A DNA stretch of 63,385 nucleotides, counting the filler, from Klebsormidium nitens (lineage: Eukaryota > Plantae > Klebsormidiophyceae), in assembly GCA_000708835.1 (NCBI GenBank). It is 7 parts of 6 records of this genome, joined end to end, with 100 filler letters (N's around TTAATTAATTAA, not from the genome) between each part and the next. Parts side by side here need not be neighbours in the genome. Positions count along the whole stretch, not along the records: positions 43,352 to 54,750 come from DF238125.1; positions 54,851 to 63,385 come from DF238012.1; 5 more parts are not named here. One strand, 5' to 3'. A program made the position numbers and the translations under genes. A model generated the notes under the pieces. That model worked only from the letters and a program-made list of their open reading frames with translations, was not told the DNA's origin and did no database searches. Positions 47,508 to 58,000 of the stretch are shown piece after piece; the stretch's first letter is position 1, and each line of letters begins with the position of its first letter.

Positions 47508-48278
47508 TCACTCTGCTCTCATCACACAGCTGCTCTTGTGCTCGGGCCAGTGGTCTCTCCGACACTCCTTACTGCAGTACGCGACTCTTCTGCTCCAGGA
47601 GCACGACCATAGCGATCCGAAAGAAGCACGATCTCCTTGCTCTGACGCCTTCCTAGCCTCGCCGCAAGAGGCACACACGAGCCGTGCTACGGTTAAACCC
47701 GCTAACATCTTCGGACACATGTCCTCGTCCTTCGGGGTACCAGTCTCCATCAGAGTCTGATTCAAGGACTTTCTCAGATTCTTCGTCAGCGCTTTGGTCG
47801 GCCTGATCGACCCGTCCTCGAGGTCGAACAAGGTTTCCATGATCACCTGCACCTTCTTGTCTTTCTTCCTCCAAGAGGACAGGCAGTCCGTTGCGAGGGC
47901 TTCATCCCGGAGGATGGTCCTGCTAACCATTCCCAGGTAGTAGCAGTATACTCCCTCGTCGTGCTCCACTAGGAACCACTTTCTGATCTCGCTGAACAGC
48001 AGATGCGTATTCTGAGTCATACACCGTCGGAGTGCGTCTACCCGATCCGGTGCCAGTGTCCCGTCCCAGTGATTCGTCAGTACGCACATGACAGCTTGCG
48101 AGGCGAGGCGCGCACACGCTGCCAATTGCACCCCCTCGGTGCTCGTCGAGTCGACCTTCGACTTTCTCAACACCCGGAGGATGCTGAGGAGGGCATCGGG
48201 ACCCCGCTCATTGTCGAGCAGCTGGCGTACGGTGACGGTCGCGCGGTTCAGGACGCGCAAGCGCTTAGAGGCGTCCAT
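47508..48278 (-). CDS. Intronless protein with a C-terminal MYND-type zinc finger
   Basis: CASC...CSWSRRVAYCSKECRRDHWPEHKSSC (one Cys replaced by Ser). Confidence 0.8.
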   Translation of the reverse strand: MDASKRLRVLNRATVTVRQLLDNERGPDALLSILRVLRKSKVDSTSTEGVQLAACARLASQAVMCVLTNHWDGTLAPDRVDALRRCMTQNTHLLFSEIRKWFLVEHDEGVYCYYLGMVSRTILRDEALATDCLSSWRKKDKKVQVIMETLFDLEDGSIRPTKALTKNLRKSLNQTLMETGTPKDEDMCPKMLAGLTVARLVCASCGEARKASEQGDRASFGSLWSCSWSRRVAYCSKECRRDHWPEHKSSCVMRAE

Positions 48279-48470
48279 CGGCCGATGCCCGAGAAGTGAA
48301 TCTTGAAAGAGTGGACGGGTTCCTTATATATCACCTCTCCTTGCTGTCTTGTGACGATTCTGACTGGGGAAGTCGCTAAGGTAGGGTCATTTAAGTAGCC
48401 CCCTACAAGACGCATCGTTCATTGTGTCTTGTGGGGTTTTTGACCGGGGATTTCGCTGGGAGTTTCTCCC

Positions 48471-49970
48471 TCAACTCACGACGTCGGGATTTCGCAGTCT
48501 TGCGGTGAGAAACTGCGATACGGCCTTGACGTTCTCAGCCGTAAAGCCCCGCGGGTATATCGTTCTTCCCGCTCGATATCTATCCGGATGATACATGAGA
48601 AGCAGATGCTTTATGATCGGCTGCGTCAGAGGAATCCCTTCGATGCCTCGGATGCCGAGCTTGGAGAGCGTGGCGTTGTCTGATGTGGTCTTTCTGAGGA
48701 TGAAATGCCTTTTGGCTTCCTTTCCTAGCTTGTCCAGCGTCTCCAACAGCTTCTCGTCCTGGAGCCTCGACTGATCCGGCGCTCGCTGCTTCCGCACGGC
48801 CTCGTCGGCTAGTCGCTTCTCTTCGGTCATCCGTTTCCGTGCGGTCTCTTCGGCGAGACGCCTCTCTGCCGCTCGTGCTTTATTCATCAGACGCCTGCGC
48901 TCGGTCTCTTCGGCGATTCGTTTCTGTTCTGCCAGGCGCTTCCGCACGGCCTCGTCTGCCAGTCGCTTCTCTTCTGCCTGACGCTTCAGCGCGGCGTCTT
49001 CGGCGAGGCGCCGCATATGGTCCTCCATCGCTCGTGCTCGTTCCCTCGAGCGCTCTTCGGCGAGGCGCTTCAGCTCGACATCTTCGGCGTGCTTGCGCCT
49101 CGTCTCTGCGGCGATGCGCTTCCACGCCCTCTCGCCCGTCTCTGCAGGCGCCGCACTCGGAGACCCCCTGCCCCGTCCCTTGCGTCCGGCATCCTCCGCC
49201 GCTCTCCGCCTCCGCTCGGCCTCCTTGGCCCGCTCTTCGGCCGACCTCCTTCTCTCGACCTCCACCGCCTGCGCCCGTGCTCCCTCCGCCGCTCTCCGCA
49301 TCCGCTCGGCCGCCTCGGCCAGGCGTCGCTGCGCGTCCTCAGCGGCCCTCATCTCCTGGGCTCCCGCCCGCTCCCGATTCGCTTCGTCAGTCTCCGCGCC
49401 TCGCGGTGCTTCCGTAATTGCGGCGCGCCGTCGCCCGCGATCGCGCTCGGCTTTCCCGGCGGCGAGTTCGGCCATGCGGAGCACCCGCTCTCGGTGCCTC
49501 TCCATCACTTCCGCTTGAAGGATGTCGAATTGCGCACGGCGTTCCTCATCCGTCTGGTGCGCGCCGTGCTGCACCGCTGCAGCCCCCCCGTCCCGCTCCG
49601 CCGTCCGGCCTCCGTCGTCCTGGGCTCGCCGTGCCCGCAACCGCTCGGCCTCTTCCCGTAGCCGCTTCAGCGCCCCGCCATCGACGCCCTCCGCACCTCG
49701 CACCGCTTCGATCCGTTTCTCCAGGTTTCCGAGCCGGGCCTTCAGTCGGTTCTCGCGCTCCGCTTTCGTGGCGGCGAGCTGGGCCATGCGGAGCAGCCGT
49801 TCCTCGTGCCTTTCCATCACCTCGGCCTGAAGGATCCGGAAACGTTCTTGGCGCTCGTCGGGCGTCGGGAGTGCGCCGTCCCGCGCTGTTGACACGTCCG
49901 CACCGCGGTCGGCAGGCGGCGTGCGCTCGTCCTCATCGTCGGGTCCCGATGAGTCGGCCCGAAACAGCAT
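48471..49970 (-). CDS. Long coiled-coil protein with internal duplication and a C-terminal J-domain-like HPD motif
   Basis: R/E/A-rich; ERF.ILQAEVMERH.ER.LRMA.LAA occurs twice; IIKHLLLMYHPDRY. Confidence 0.7.
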   Translation of the reverse strand: MLFRADSSGPDDEDERTPPADRGADVSTARDGALPTPDERQERFRILQAEVMERHEERLLRMAQLAATKAERENRLKARLGNLEKRIEAVRGAEGVDGGALKRLREEAERLRARRAQDDGGRTAERDGGAAAVQHGAHQTDEERRAQFDILQAEVMERHRERVLRMAELAAGKAERDRGRRRAAITEAPRGAETDEANRERAGAQEMRAAEDAQRRLAEAAERMRRAAEGARAQAVEVERRRSAEERAKEAERRRRAAEDAGRKGRGRGSPSAAPAETGERAWKRIAAETRRKHAEDVELKRLAEERSRERARAMEDHMRRLAEDAALKRQAEEKRLADEAVRKRLAEQKRIAEETERRRLMNKARAAERRLAEETARKRMTEEKRLADEAVRKQRAPDQSRLQDEKLLETLDKLGKEAKRHFILRKTTSDNATLSKLGIRGIEGIPLTQPIIKHLLLMYHPDRYRAGRTIYPRGFTAENVKAVSQFLTARLRNPDVVS

Positions 49971-50306
49971 CTTTTAGAGTACACCCAGAGGAAAACGGCC
50001 GACGTGCCGCAAGCGACATCCGCACCGACCGGCCGACGTGCCTGTCCGCCCGTCTGCGTCCGGCGACATCGAGACACGTTCTCCGATTTGCATCGGTGGC
50101 GCAGGTGGGCCGTACTGGCGGCGCGTTCGACGACCGCAAATACATGATACCGTAAATTGAAGCATACACGTAGACATGGCACCGTTTAGGCCGGAACACA
50201 CGTGTCGTCTTATGAGTTGCACACATGGGTGTTGTGCTGGTTTGGTGAACGTTCGGTGAACGTGAACGGCGACTGGAACTGTCTCCAATGACTATCCCCT
50301 AATCCA

Positions 50307-51455
50307 CTAGATCTCCACTCGCTTGCGCTTCTGGCCTAGTCTCCTGCCTTCTATGTTGCTAGTCCACTCGTAGCCGTCGTAACACATATGCTCCACCGTG
50401 ACTTCGCGATCCGGCACGTTGGTGAGATGGTAACGCAGGCGCTCGATGAACGCACCCATGCGCCCCTCCCACGTGGCCAGGTCCCGTATTACCGGCACTC
50501 CGAGCTTGTTGTACTTGAAGCAGCCCCGGTGCTTGATCCCGTCCGTAGACGTAAAGCCGTCCGGATTGAACCGCAGCTGGACCTGGGGGCGGTCGCCGGC
50601 ATCCTGGAAGAGCTCCATCGTGCGCTTGCTCTCGCACGTAGCGTCACGGTGCTGATCCTCGTCGTTTTCGCAGTGCACCGTATGAGTGTACACGTCCACG
50701 AAGATATCGGGCCGCTTTCCCGAACATCCCCCTTGGAGCCGCTTGTCGAAGGTGACCCCCGCATGCTCTGGAAGAACGCCTGCCGCCTTGATGTAATCAG
50801 CGAAGTGCTGCTCCTTGACCTTGTAGTTACGGGCTACTGGTTCGTCGGGAAACAGGTACACGAAGCACCTTATGCAGTATCCTCTGTACCGCTTTTTGAC
50901 CGACGTACCGCACCCGTTGGTGCACTTCGGGTGTACCACGTCCCGCATATGTTCGGTCTTGCACGTGCTGCAGTGAGTGGCCCTGCTGCCTTCGAGCCCG
51001 AATGTAGGCAGCCCCCTCCGGCAGGCGCACTTCGGGTGTACCACGTCCCGCATATGTTCGGTCTTGCACGTGCTGCAGTGAGTAGCCCTGCCGCCTTCGA
51101 GCCCGAATTTGGGCTGCCTCCTCCCGCAGGCGCACTTCGGGTGTGCCACGTCCCGCATATGTTCGGTCTTGCACGTGCTGCAGTGAGTAGCCCTGCCGCC
51201 TTCGAGCCCGAATTTGGGATGTCTCCTCCCGCAGGCGCACTTCGGGTGTACCACGTACCGCATATGTTCGGTCTTGCACGTCCTGCAGTGAGTAGCCCTG
51301 CCGCCATCGAGCCCGAACGAAGGCCGCCCCCTCCCGCAGGCGCACTTCGGGCTTACCACGTCCCGCATATCTACGTTCTTGCACTTGCTGCAGTGAGTAG
51401 CCCTGCCGCCTTCGAGTCCGAAAGAAGGCCGCACCCTCCCGCAGGCGCACTTCAT
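50307..51455 (-). CDS. Giant-virus-type endonuclease: five 35-aa EsV-1-7-like Cys repeats + PD-(D/E)xK/Vsr-like domain
   Basis: KCACGR..P.FGLEGGRATHCS.CK five times (105-bp units); KRPDIFVD..HCENDEDQH..QLRFNPD. Confidence 0.9.
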   Translation of the reverse strand: MKCACGRVRPSFGLEGGRATHCSKCKNVDMRDVVSPKCACGRGRPSFGLDGGRATHCRTCKTEHMRYVVHPKCACGRRHPKFGLEGGRATHCSTCKTEHMRDVAHPKCACGRRQPKFGLEGGRATHCSTCKTEHMRDVVHPKCACRRGLPTFGLEGSRATHCSTCKTEHMRDVVHPKCTNGCGTSVKKRYRGYCIRCFVYLFPDEPVARNYKVKEQHFADYIKAAGVLPEHAGVTFDKRLQGGCSGKRPDIFVDVYTHTVHCENDEDQHRDATCESKRTMELFQDAGDRPQVQLRFNPDGFTSTDGIKHRGCFKYNKLGVPVIRDLATWEGRMGAFIERLRYHLTNVPDREVTVEHMCYDGYEWTSNIEGRRLGQKRKRVEI

Positions 51456-51486
51456 TGTAAAGTCCGAAAACGTTATGGCACCCTGC

Positions 51487-51540
51487 GCTTCCTTAAGACG
51501 TGTACAACTCCCCGCTTCCTTAAGACGTGTACAACTCCCC
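51487..51540. repeat. Perfect 27-bp tandem duplication just upstream of the endonuclease start
   Basis: gcttccttaagacgtgtacaactcccc twice. Confidence 0.9.
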
Positions 51541-51850
51541 GATTGCTGATTGTCTGGGTGCGTAATGTATCTGCTGCATTTTGGGGTAGCGCTCCATCAC
51601 GCCACTCCCCCTCCTCCCCCTGTTCCCAGCCCCATGCCACTTTCCACTCTCCTGCATCGCAGGGCGCCCCGTCTCGATGCACCCCCTCCTTGGCCCCACG
51701 GCACTTCCTTATACCCCCGCGCACACATACCGCCTCGTATGCGAGACCACCCGGGCCACCCGGAACCGGAGAAAGTTACCGAAATGAGGGTCCATATCAA
51801 AGTCCCCCAGAAATATGACTTTTGGCCGATGATGTGTCGCAGCTATTTCT

Positions 51851-52381
51851 ATGGAAACACCGGGGCCCGCCAGAAAAAATCTGCCGACGGGCCGCGGGGC
51901 GACAACGTCTTGCCTGCGTCCAGCTCAACAAATTATCGTCGGTTTCATCACCATGGCGGCGGCACGCGTAGCCGCGCCCCGAGCGATGCGCCCGATCGCT
52001 CTCAGGGAGATGGAGCAGAGACGCTACACCGTCCAGAGGGGGCGCTTGCCGGAGCAGCTGCACGTGCTCAGGATGGGGCGGTCCGTGCTCTGCAATCCGA
52101 CGGGTCTGCGAGACGACAAGCTGTGTGCGGTCGCCTTCCCTTCAAGAGAGTTACTCGTGTCGGTCAACCGCATCCTGGGAAACAGCTTCGACATCCGGGA
52201 AGTGTCCACGGACGACCTGCTCGACCACGTGGAACACATGAGCGGCGTCGCCGGGATATTCCAGATCGTCGACTGCTCTTGCCGTCTTGCCGACCGCAAG
52301 ACCTTCTACGAGGCGAAGCAGATCGAAGCCGACGGGCGCTTTGTTAACGTGTCGGAGCAACTCATAGTGTTCGACGACTGA
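51851..52381 (+). CDS. Hypothetical intronless protein
   Basis: 176-aa ORF with a globular C-terminal half; the real start may be an internal ATG. Confidence 0.55.
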   Translation: METPGPARKNLPTGRGATTSCLRPAQQIIVGFITMAAARVAAPRAMRPIALREMEQRRYTVQRGRLPEQLHVLRMGRSVLCNPTGLRDDKLCAVAFPSRELLVSVNRILGNSFDIREVSTDDLLDHVEHMSGVAGIFQIVDCSCRLADRKTFYEAKQIEADGRFVNVSEQLIVFDD

Positions 52382-52693
52382 CGCCAGGTGGAAGCAAACA
52401 GTGTATGGTCCTGGTTTTAGGGTATATATAAGAAAGCTATAAGAAGACCTGATCAAGACGTGCTTTCAGATCAGCGACTAGGGTGTAGAAAGAGACCACA
52501 AAGACATGTCGTGTTTGTTAGGATCCCAACCTATACTCCATTGTACATATCCACACCCATTTGCCCCGTCGTGCATCGTAGAATCGGGCGCTATATCCCG
52601 ACCGGCATATAATTACGCAGTCCTCGCTCAGCGCACACATCTATGGTATGGTCCCTCATGGATGGTACATAAGGAACGCCGAACTCATTGATT

Positions 52694-52852
52694 CTTTCAA
52701 AAATCACTTCCCGGGAATCGACCGATGGACGCCTCCAAGCGTTTGCGCGTCCTGAATCGAGCAGCCGTCACCGTACGACAGTTGCTCGACAATGAGCGGG
52801 GTCCCGATGCCCTCCTGTGCATCCTCTGGGTGTTGAGAAAGTCGAAGGTCGA
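52694..52852 (+). pseudogene. Inverted partial duplicate of the 5' end of the MYND gene (48151-48308)
   Basis: MDASKRLRVLNRA.VTVRQLLDNERGPDALL.IL.VLRKSKVD is near-identical, including ~30 nt upstream; diverges after KVD. Confidence 0.85.
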
Positions 52853-52976
52853 TACATCTGAATATGTATTCAAGAAAAGAGTCCAGACAGTACTATCGTC
52901 CCAATCGACCCAAGAGAGCAAACACTACACGTATACAAGACCGCGACCTTACTGCGACGAACACTATATTTCCTGA

Positions 52977-54231
52977 TCAATTCTTATCCCCTGACAGCTG
53001 CTGCGAGCTGGCTTTCTTGGAAACTTCGACTTCTTCGAAGCGAGAGCCGGGGTCCTTCCTCTTCTTGCCGGACTCGCCGGAGTCGGAGCAGGGAAGCCGC
53101 GCTGCATGCATTGACGACGACGATTGAGCACCTTCGACAGGGCGGTGGGAGAACGCAGAATGTACGAGCAGAGGGAGCGGCATGTGAGGCGTTCTCACTA
53201 ATGGTAGAAACGCGTGCAATCTCGCTCATGCTCCTGTGTACCCCAGATGAAATACAGGAGCATGATGCACAGTGTTGCTCAAAGCAGAGCGTACCTTCGA
53301 TCGGCTGGGGGGCATCCCGGGTCCCCAGCGCGAGCCTGACGTAGCCGTCCACGTGCCTCTGCGTCTGTCCAGCCAAGTGATGCAGAGTTCGTTCCTGGAG
53401 GCCGACCATGGCATCGGTCTGCTTGGTCACCGCCCTGCGGAACTCAACGGTCTGCTTGGTCATCGCCTTGGTGAACTCGGACACTATCGTCGCACCCTCG
53501 CCAGGACCGATGGACGCGCCCGGCCCCGCGCCCCCCCCGGGCGCCTGGGCGGCGTGGCCCCCGACCGCCAAGTCGCACAAGGCGTCGATGGCGTTCTGCT
53601 TGACGAACCCCTTCTTGTTGCCCAGCTTCTTGGAGTTCCTGCAGTCTTCGATCGTCAGCCCGTGCCGTGCCAGCACGCGGGCTACGTCGGCGCATCCGGT
53701 GTCCGGCGAGGCGGGCGGCTTGCTGCGGCGGGGTGGCGGGCCGGAGTCGCCGCTGTCGGAGTCGTCGGAGTCGGAGCCTGATGACTCGGACGAGGAGGCC
53801 GAGCGCGTCGGTTGCGGGTGTCGCAGCTGCTTGCCGTGATCGCGGGCCGGCTCGGCGAGGGGCGGGGCCGCGGTCGGTGCAAAGGCGAAGGAATCGGTGC
53901 CGGCCTGCGTCGGCGTCCTCGGCGCGTCCCCGTGTTCGAAGCAGTGCTCTCGTAACGCGTCGAAATGTCTGAGGAACGCCCAGGCGTCCCCTTCCGGGAA
54001 CTGATCGTCCAGGACCACCGGGCTGCCCCTCACCATCAGCGCCAATGGCTCCCTCGTATCATTCGGCTCCCACTGGGCTCGTACGTCTCCGGGCAGGAGG
54101 TCGTCGAGGCACCGGGCGAGGAACTGCGCGATCACAGCATGCAGGGCTTCGACCTCCAGAACCCCTTCTCTGTGGAGGACTTTGAGAAGTTTGGCGACGA
54201 ACGCCTGATCATCCTGCAAAAGCGCGAGCAA
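52977..54231 (-). CDS. Hypothetical protein with an S/D-rich linker; possibly one 3' intron
   Basis: 415-aa ORF with high GC3; a second frame near 52977-53110 looks like the true terminal exon. Confidence 0.6.
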
Positions 54232-54877
54232 GACTTATAACGAGCGGTTCGGGAAACGAACAGTGCGTTCCGAGCAAGAGCACGACAATTTCTTTCAGAA
54301 TAGCTGCTTCGCAATGAAGAACCAGCGTCACGAAAAACTCGCATGGGGATATCACTGCTCATAAGGTGGTTGAAGCTAACCTAAACTACTATGCAGTATG
54401 GGCGGCGATTGTAGCAGCCCTGAATTCGCAAACAAACGAGACATTGCATGCTACGAGTGGGGTGTACAGGAACAAAGTCTTGCTGCTCAGAGCAAGCCAA
54501 CTTGGCATGGATCGTTAATTGGCTCATCATGCAACTTCACGGGACCCGCACCTCGTTGGATCATGTTAGGAGCCAGCTCGGCGTGGAATACGTGCAAACA
54601 AGAGTAATTTCGACACTAGGACCTCAGAATCACTCAAACCCTAAAATTCAAATCTCTGACCTACGCTGAGAATGGTCACACTTACGTCGTCGCCGGACAC
54701 CGCCGCCATCGCCGTCCCCTTTCCGACTTCTTTCATGGCCGTCAGCATGTNNNNNNNNNNNNNNNNNNNNNNNNNNNNNNNNNNNNNNNNNNNNTTAATT
54801 AATTAANNNNNNNNNNNNNNNNNNNNNNNNNNNNNNNNNNNNNNNNNNNNTGTCAATTTTCGGGCACAACCCCGGAA

Positions 54878-55010
54878 AGGGGGTAAGGGGGCAAGCTAGA
54901 TTTCTCGTCGATGGACTCCCCTGTTTTTGCCCCTGTTTTTGGCTCAAGTCCCTAAGGGGGTAAGGAGGCAAGGGGGCAAGCTTTCTGAGAACTCCCACAA
55001 ATTTTTCTTG
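54878..55010 (+). repeat. Iteron-like GTAAGGGGGCAAG array, 2 copies plus shared flanks
   Basis: Matches 17512-17820 and the reverse complement of 56740-56935. Confidence 0.85.
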
Positions 55011-55058
55011 TGACAATCTCTGCCATCAACTATAACTAGATGTCTTTTTCATTGCTAG

Positions 55059-58000
55059 GTGGACGGGAAGAAGCCATCCGGCAACGAGGACGCGGAAAGG
55101 GAGCCAAAGACCGGTGAAGGAAGCAACACCCCCCTGTCGGTGAGCACCTCATACTCGAAGCTTCTCTGGCGGCCTTCTTTGCACATCACTTCTTGTCTCC
55201 ACTGTAGGCTTTCTCCCACATTCTCTGGTGTGTGGCAAGTGTGGCAAGAGACACATGGTGTGCAGGGGTTGACGCCATTTTGAGGGATTCTAACCAAGTG
55301 CTCCAATTCTGGAACACTTTGTGTGGCAGCCGTTGTAATTCTGTGAAGACTCCCTTCTCCTACGCGACTAGAAATACTCTCTTTTTATGAATTTTTCAAA
55401 AAAATTAAAAAGGATATGCTCTTGATGCAGGCCGAGCCGGCACTGTACGCGGTCTTCGATCGCTTCAACAAGGGCTGGTTTTCGAGGAAGGATCCGGCAT
55501 CCGGACTCGGGCCCAAAGACCTCGCCGTGCAGCACATGTGGAGCAGTGGGGACAGGCTGATCGTGGCCAGCGACGTGAGTCCGACGGCAGGCACGAAGAT
55601 GTACGGCACTTTCGCGACCCCCGCGGCCCTGGCTGCCCACCTCGCTCTGTTCCCGACGGTCGGGATCGACCCCGTCTTGTACGAGGGGCTCCTGTCCGAG
55701 ACCCCATCCCGCATCTACAACGATCTGGACAACGAGGTGCTCGAGCGCGACGATGAGGCCTTCGCCGTCCGCGTCCGCCATTTCGAGCTCGTGAGGGATG
55801 CCTTCCTCACTAGCGTCCTGCTCATCCCCGCGGAGGAGATCGCGTTCCAGTCCTGCCGGGCGAACGGGGGGAAGGCCAAAACGTACAAGTACAGCAGGCA
55901 CGAGGTCATGCAGGGCTTCTTCCTGCGAGACCACCGCGCGCGCCTCCTGTTCAAGCATGCCTTCGAGCGCTTCCAGTTGCACCTGCCGGACGAGCTGAGC
56001 CACTGCACCCCGTTCCTGACCTGGCTCGACCCGACGAGCGGAGGGGTCAAGCCGTTCTGGGACCCGAAGCCGTATGCCTCCTTCCAGTGCTGGCGGACGC
56101 TCTACTCGAGCAAGATGGGGTCCCTCCGCCCGCTCTTGCCCGAGGAGGGGAGCTCCGTCCGCATCGAGGACCACCTGATCGGCGTCTACGACGAGGGAGC
56201 GCTCCACAGCATGCGCGAGATCGACACCACCCTCTTGGAGGGTTACATGAGGGGCTCCACCCCTTCGGGTGCCCCCAGGAGCGCCCCCCCGGGAGCGGCC
56301 GATGTGAGTTCGTTCACATGATCCACTCATGAAAGCTCACTCCTGCTGTTGGTCATCATCATTGATTCTTGAAATTTCTTTTGAGATAAAGAGAGACTAG
56401 GTACCAGGAAGGGAAGAAAAGCCAGACAGACGGATCATCATTGCTACCTCCCTGCACACTTGCTCGTTGCTCTACTTGGTGGTTCATTCATGATTTTCTT
56501 TGAAAAGAAATTCAGAATATTCAACATACAGGTAGGTGTTGGAAGCCTCTTGAAATGGGTGGGAGCAATACGCAAGACTCGTGGACGAAATGCTCGATGA
56601 TCCTCATCTCCTCCGTTGCTGTCGATGCAGGATGCGGCCGTGCCACCGATGGCGGGGACGTCCGGCGATGGCGGGGGAGGAGCGAGCAAGGAAGGCGAGC
56701 AGGTCAGTGCACGCCCAGTCGGATCGTTTTTCGAAAAAGAAATCTCTGGGAGTTCTGAAAAAGCTTGCCCCCTTGCCCCCTTACCACCTTAGGGACTTGA
56801 GCTCGAAATAGGGGGCAAAAAAGGGAATGGAAGATGGAGGAAGATTCGNNNNNNNNNNNNNNNNNNNNGAGCCGAAACTAGGGGCAAAAGGGGCATCGAC
56901 GATCGAGGAAGATTCTAGCTTGCCCCCTTGCCCCTTCTGGATCTTCGAGGAGAAATCAACATGTACTCCCAGGCCCCCTTGAAAATTCAGACGGTGTTTG
57001 GGGTAAGTTCCAAAAGGCTTGCCCCCCCTTGCCCCCTTACCTACTTAGGGATTTGGGTCGGACACGAGGGACCTCTTCACTGACAACCTCCCACTAAACG
57101 GACGTTCTGCAGGAAGCGCCGCCTCCATCGACGGTGAGAGCGCATAAAAACCACGCTGAGGAAGCAGGCAGGAGGGAGGAACCGGTGAGTCTCCTCTTTG
57201 AACACCTTGCCCCACCTTGCCCCTTACCTACTTATGGACGTGAGCCCGAACTTGCAGCCAAGAAAAACACTGCCTCCATTAGAACGATTCTAGCTTGCCC
57301 TTCTCTCTCTGCTTTGTGAGCTGGCCTTCAATTTGATCGAAGACATGTCGTACCTGTAGGTTCGAGGAGCCCCCCGACCCGAGTTGGACGTCGACGCCGG
57401 CGACATCCAGACGAAGGTTGCAGATGATATCCTGCAGACGCTCAAGTTTTGGGGCATCAACTCGTGCACGTTCCGCAAGGCGAAGCCTCTGACAGGCGGT
57501 GCGGTGGGGATGATGTACATCTTCGATCGGAGCTTTGATGCTCCGGGGGGCGGCGCGTGCCCCTTTCTGGATGTTGGTCAGCTCCACTCCAGCAACTACT
57601 TCTTCGTCGAAAGACGGGGCACGCGGCTCATCTATTGCTGCAATAGCTCGACCTGTCGGTCTCAGTTCGGCCCGTGCAGAAGGAAGAACATCGGCTATCT
57701 AACGAGCGCCACCAGCTCCATCTTCTGCGATGCGCTTCCCTTCACGGACATCCTCACCAACGTGATTGACATCTTCGGCCCGGATTTCCTCGCCTTCAAC
57801 CTGAGCAAAGGCTCCGGTGAGTGACCTCAGACTTCGTGTCAAAAAATCCTTCTGACCACCGATGACTGCTGTTGGTTTTCTTCACTGCACCCCTTGGCCA
57901 TGTTCGATGCTTGAGCTGCGCACATTCGCTCCCCCTTTGCTCTCCATCCATCCACCTGCGGTGCTGTTTTGGACCCTTCACCGTTGCTTTCAATGCTGGA

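Noticed and set aside
50388-51818. Long plus-strand ORF (476 aa) and similar long antisense ORFs at 48839-50155, 53272-53972 and 55368-56330
   Set aside because: Shadows of high-GC genes on the opposite strand; repetitive or motif-free translations.
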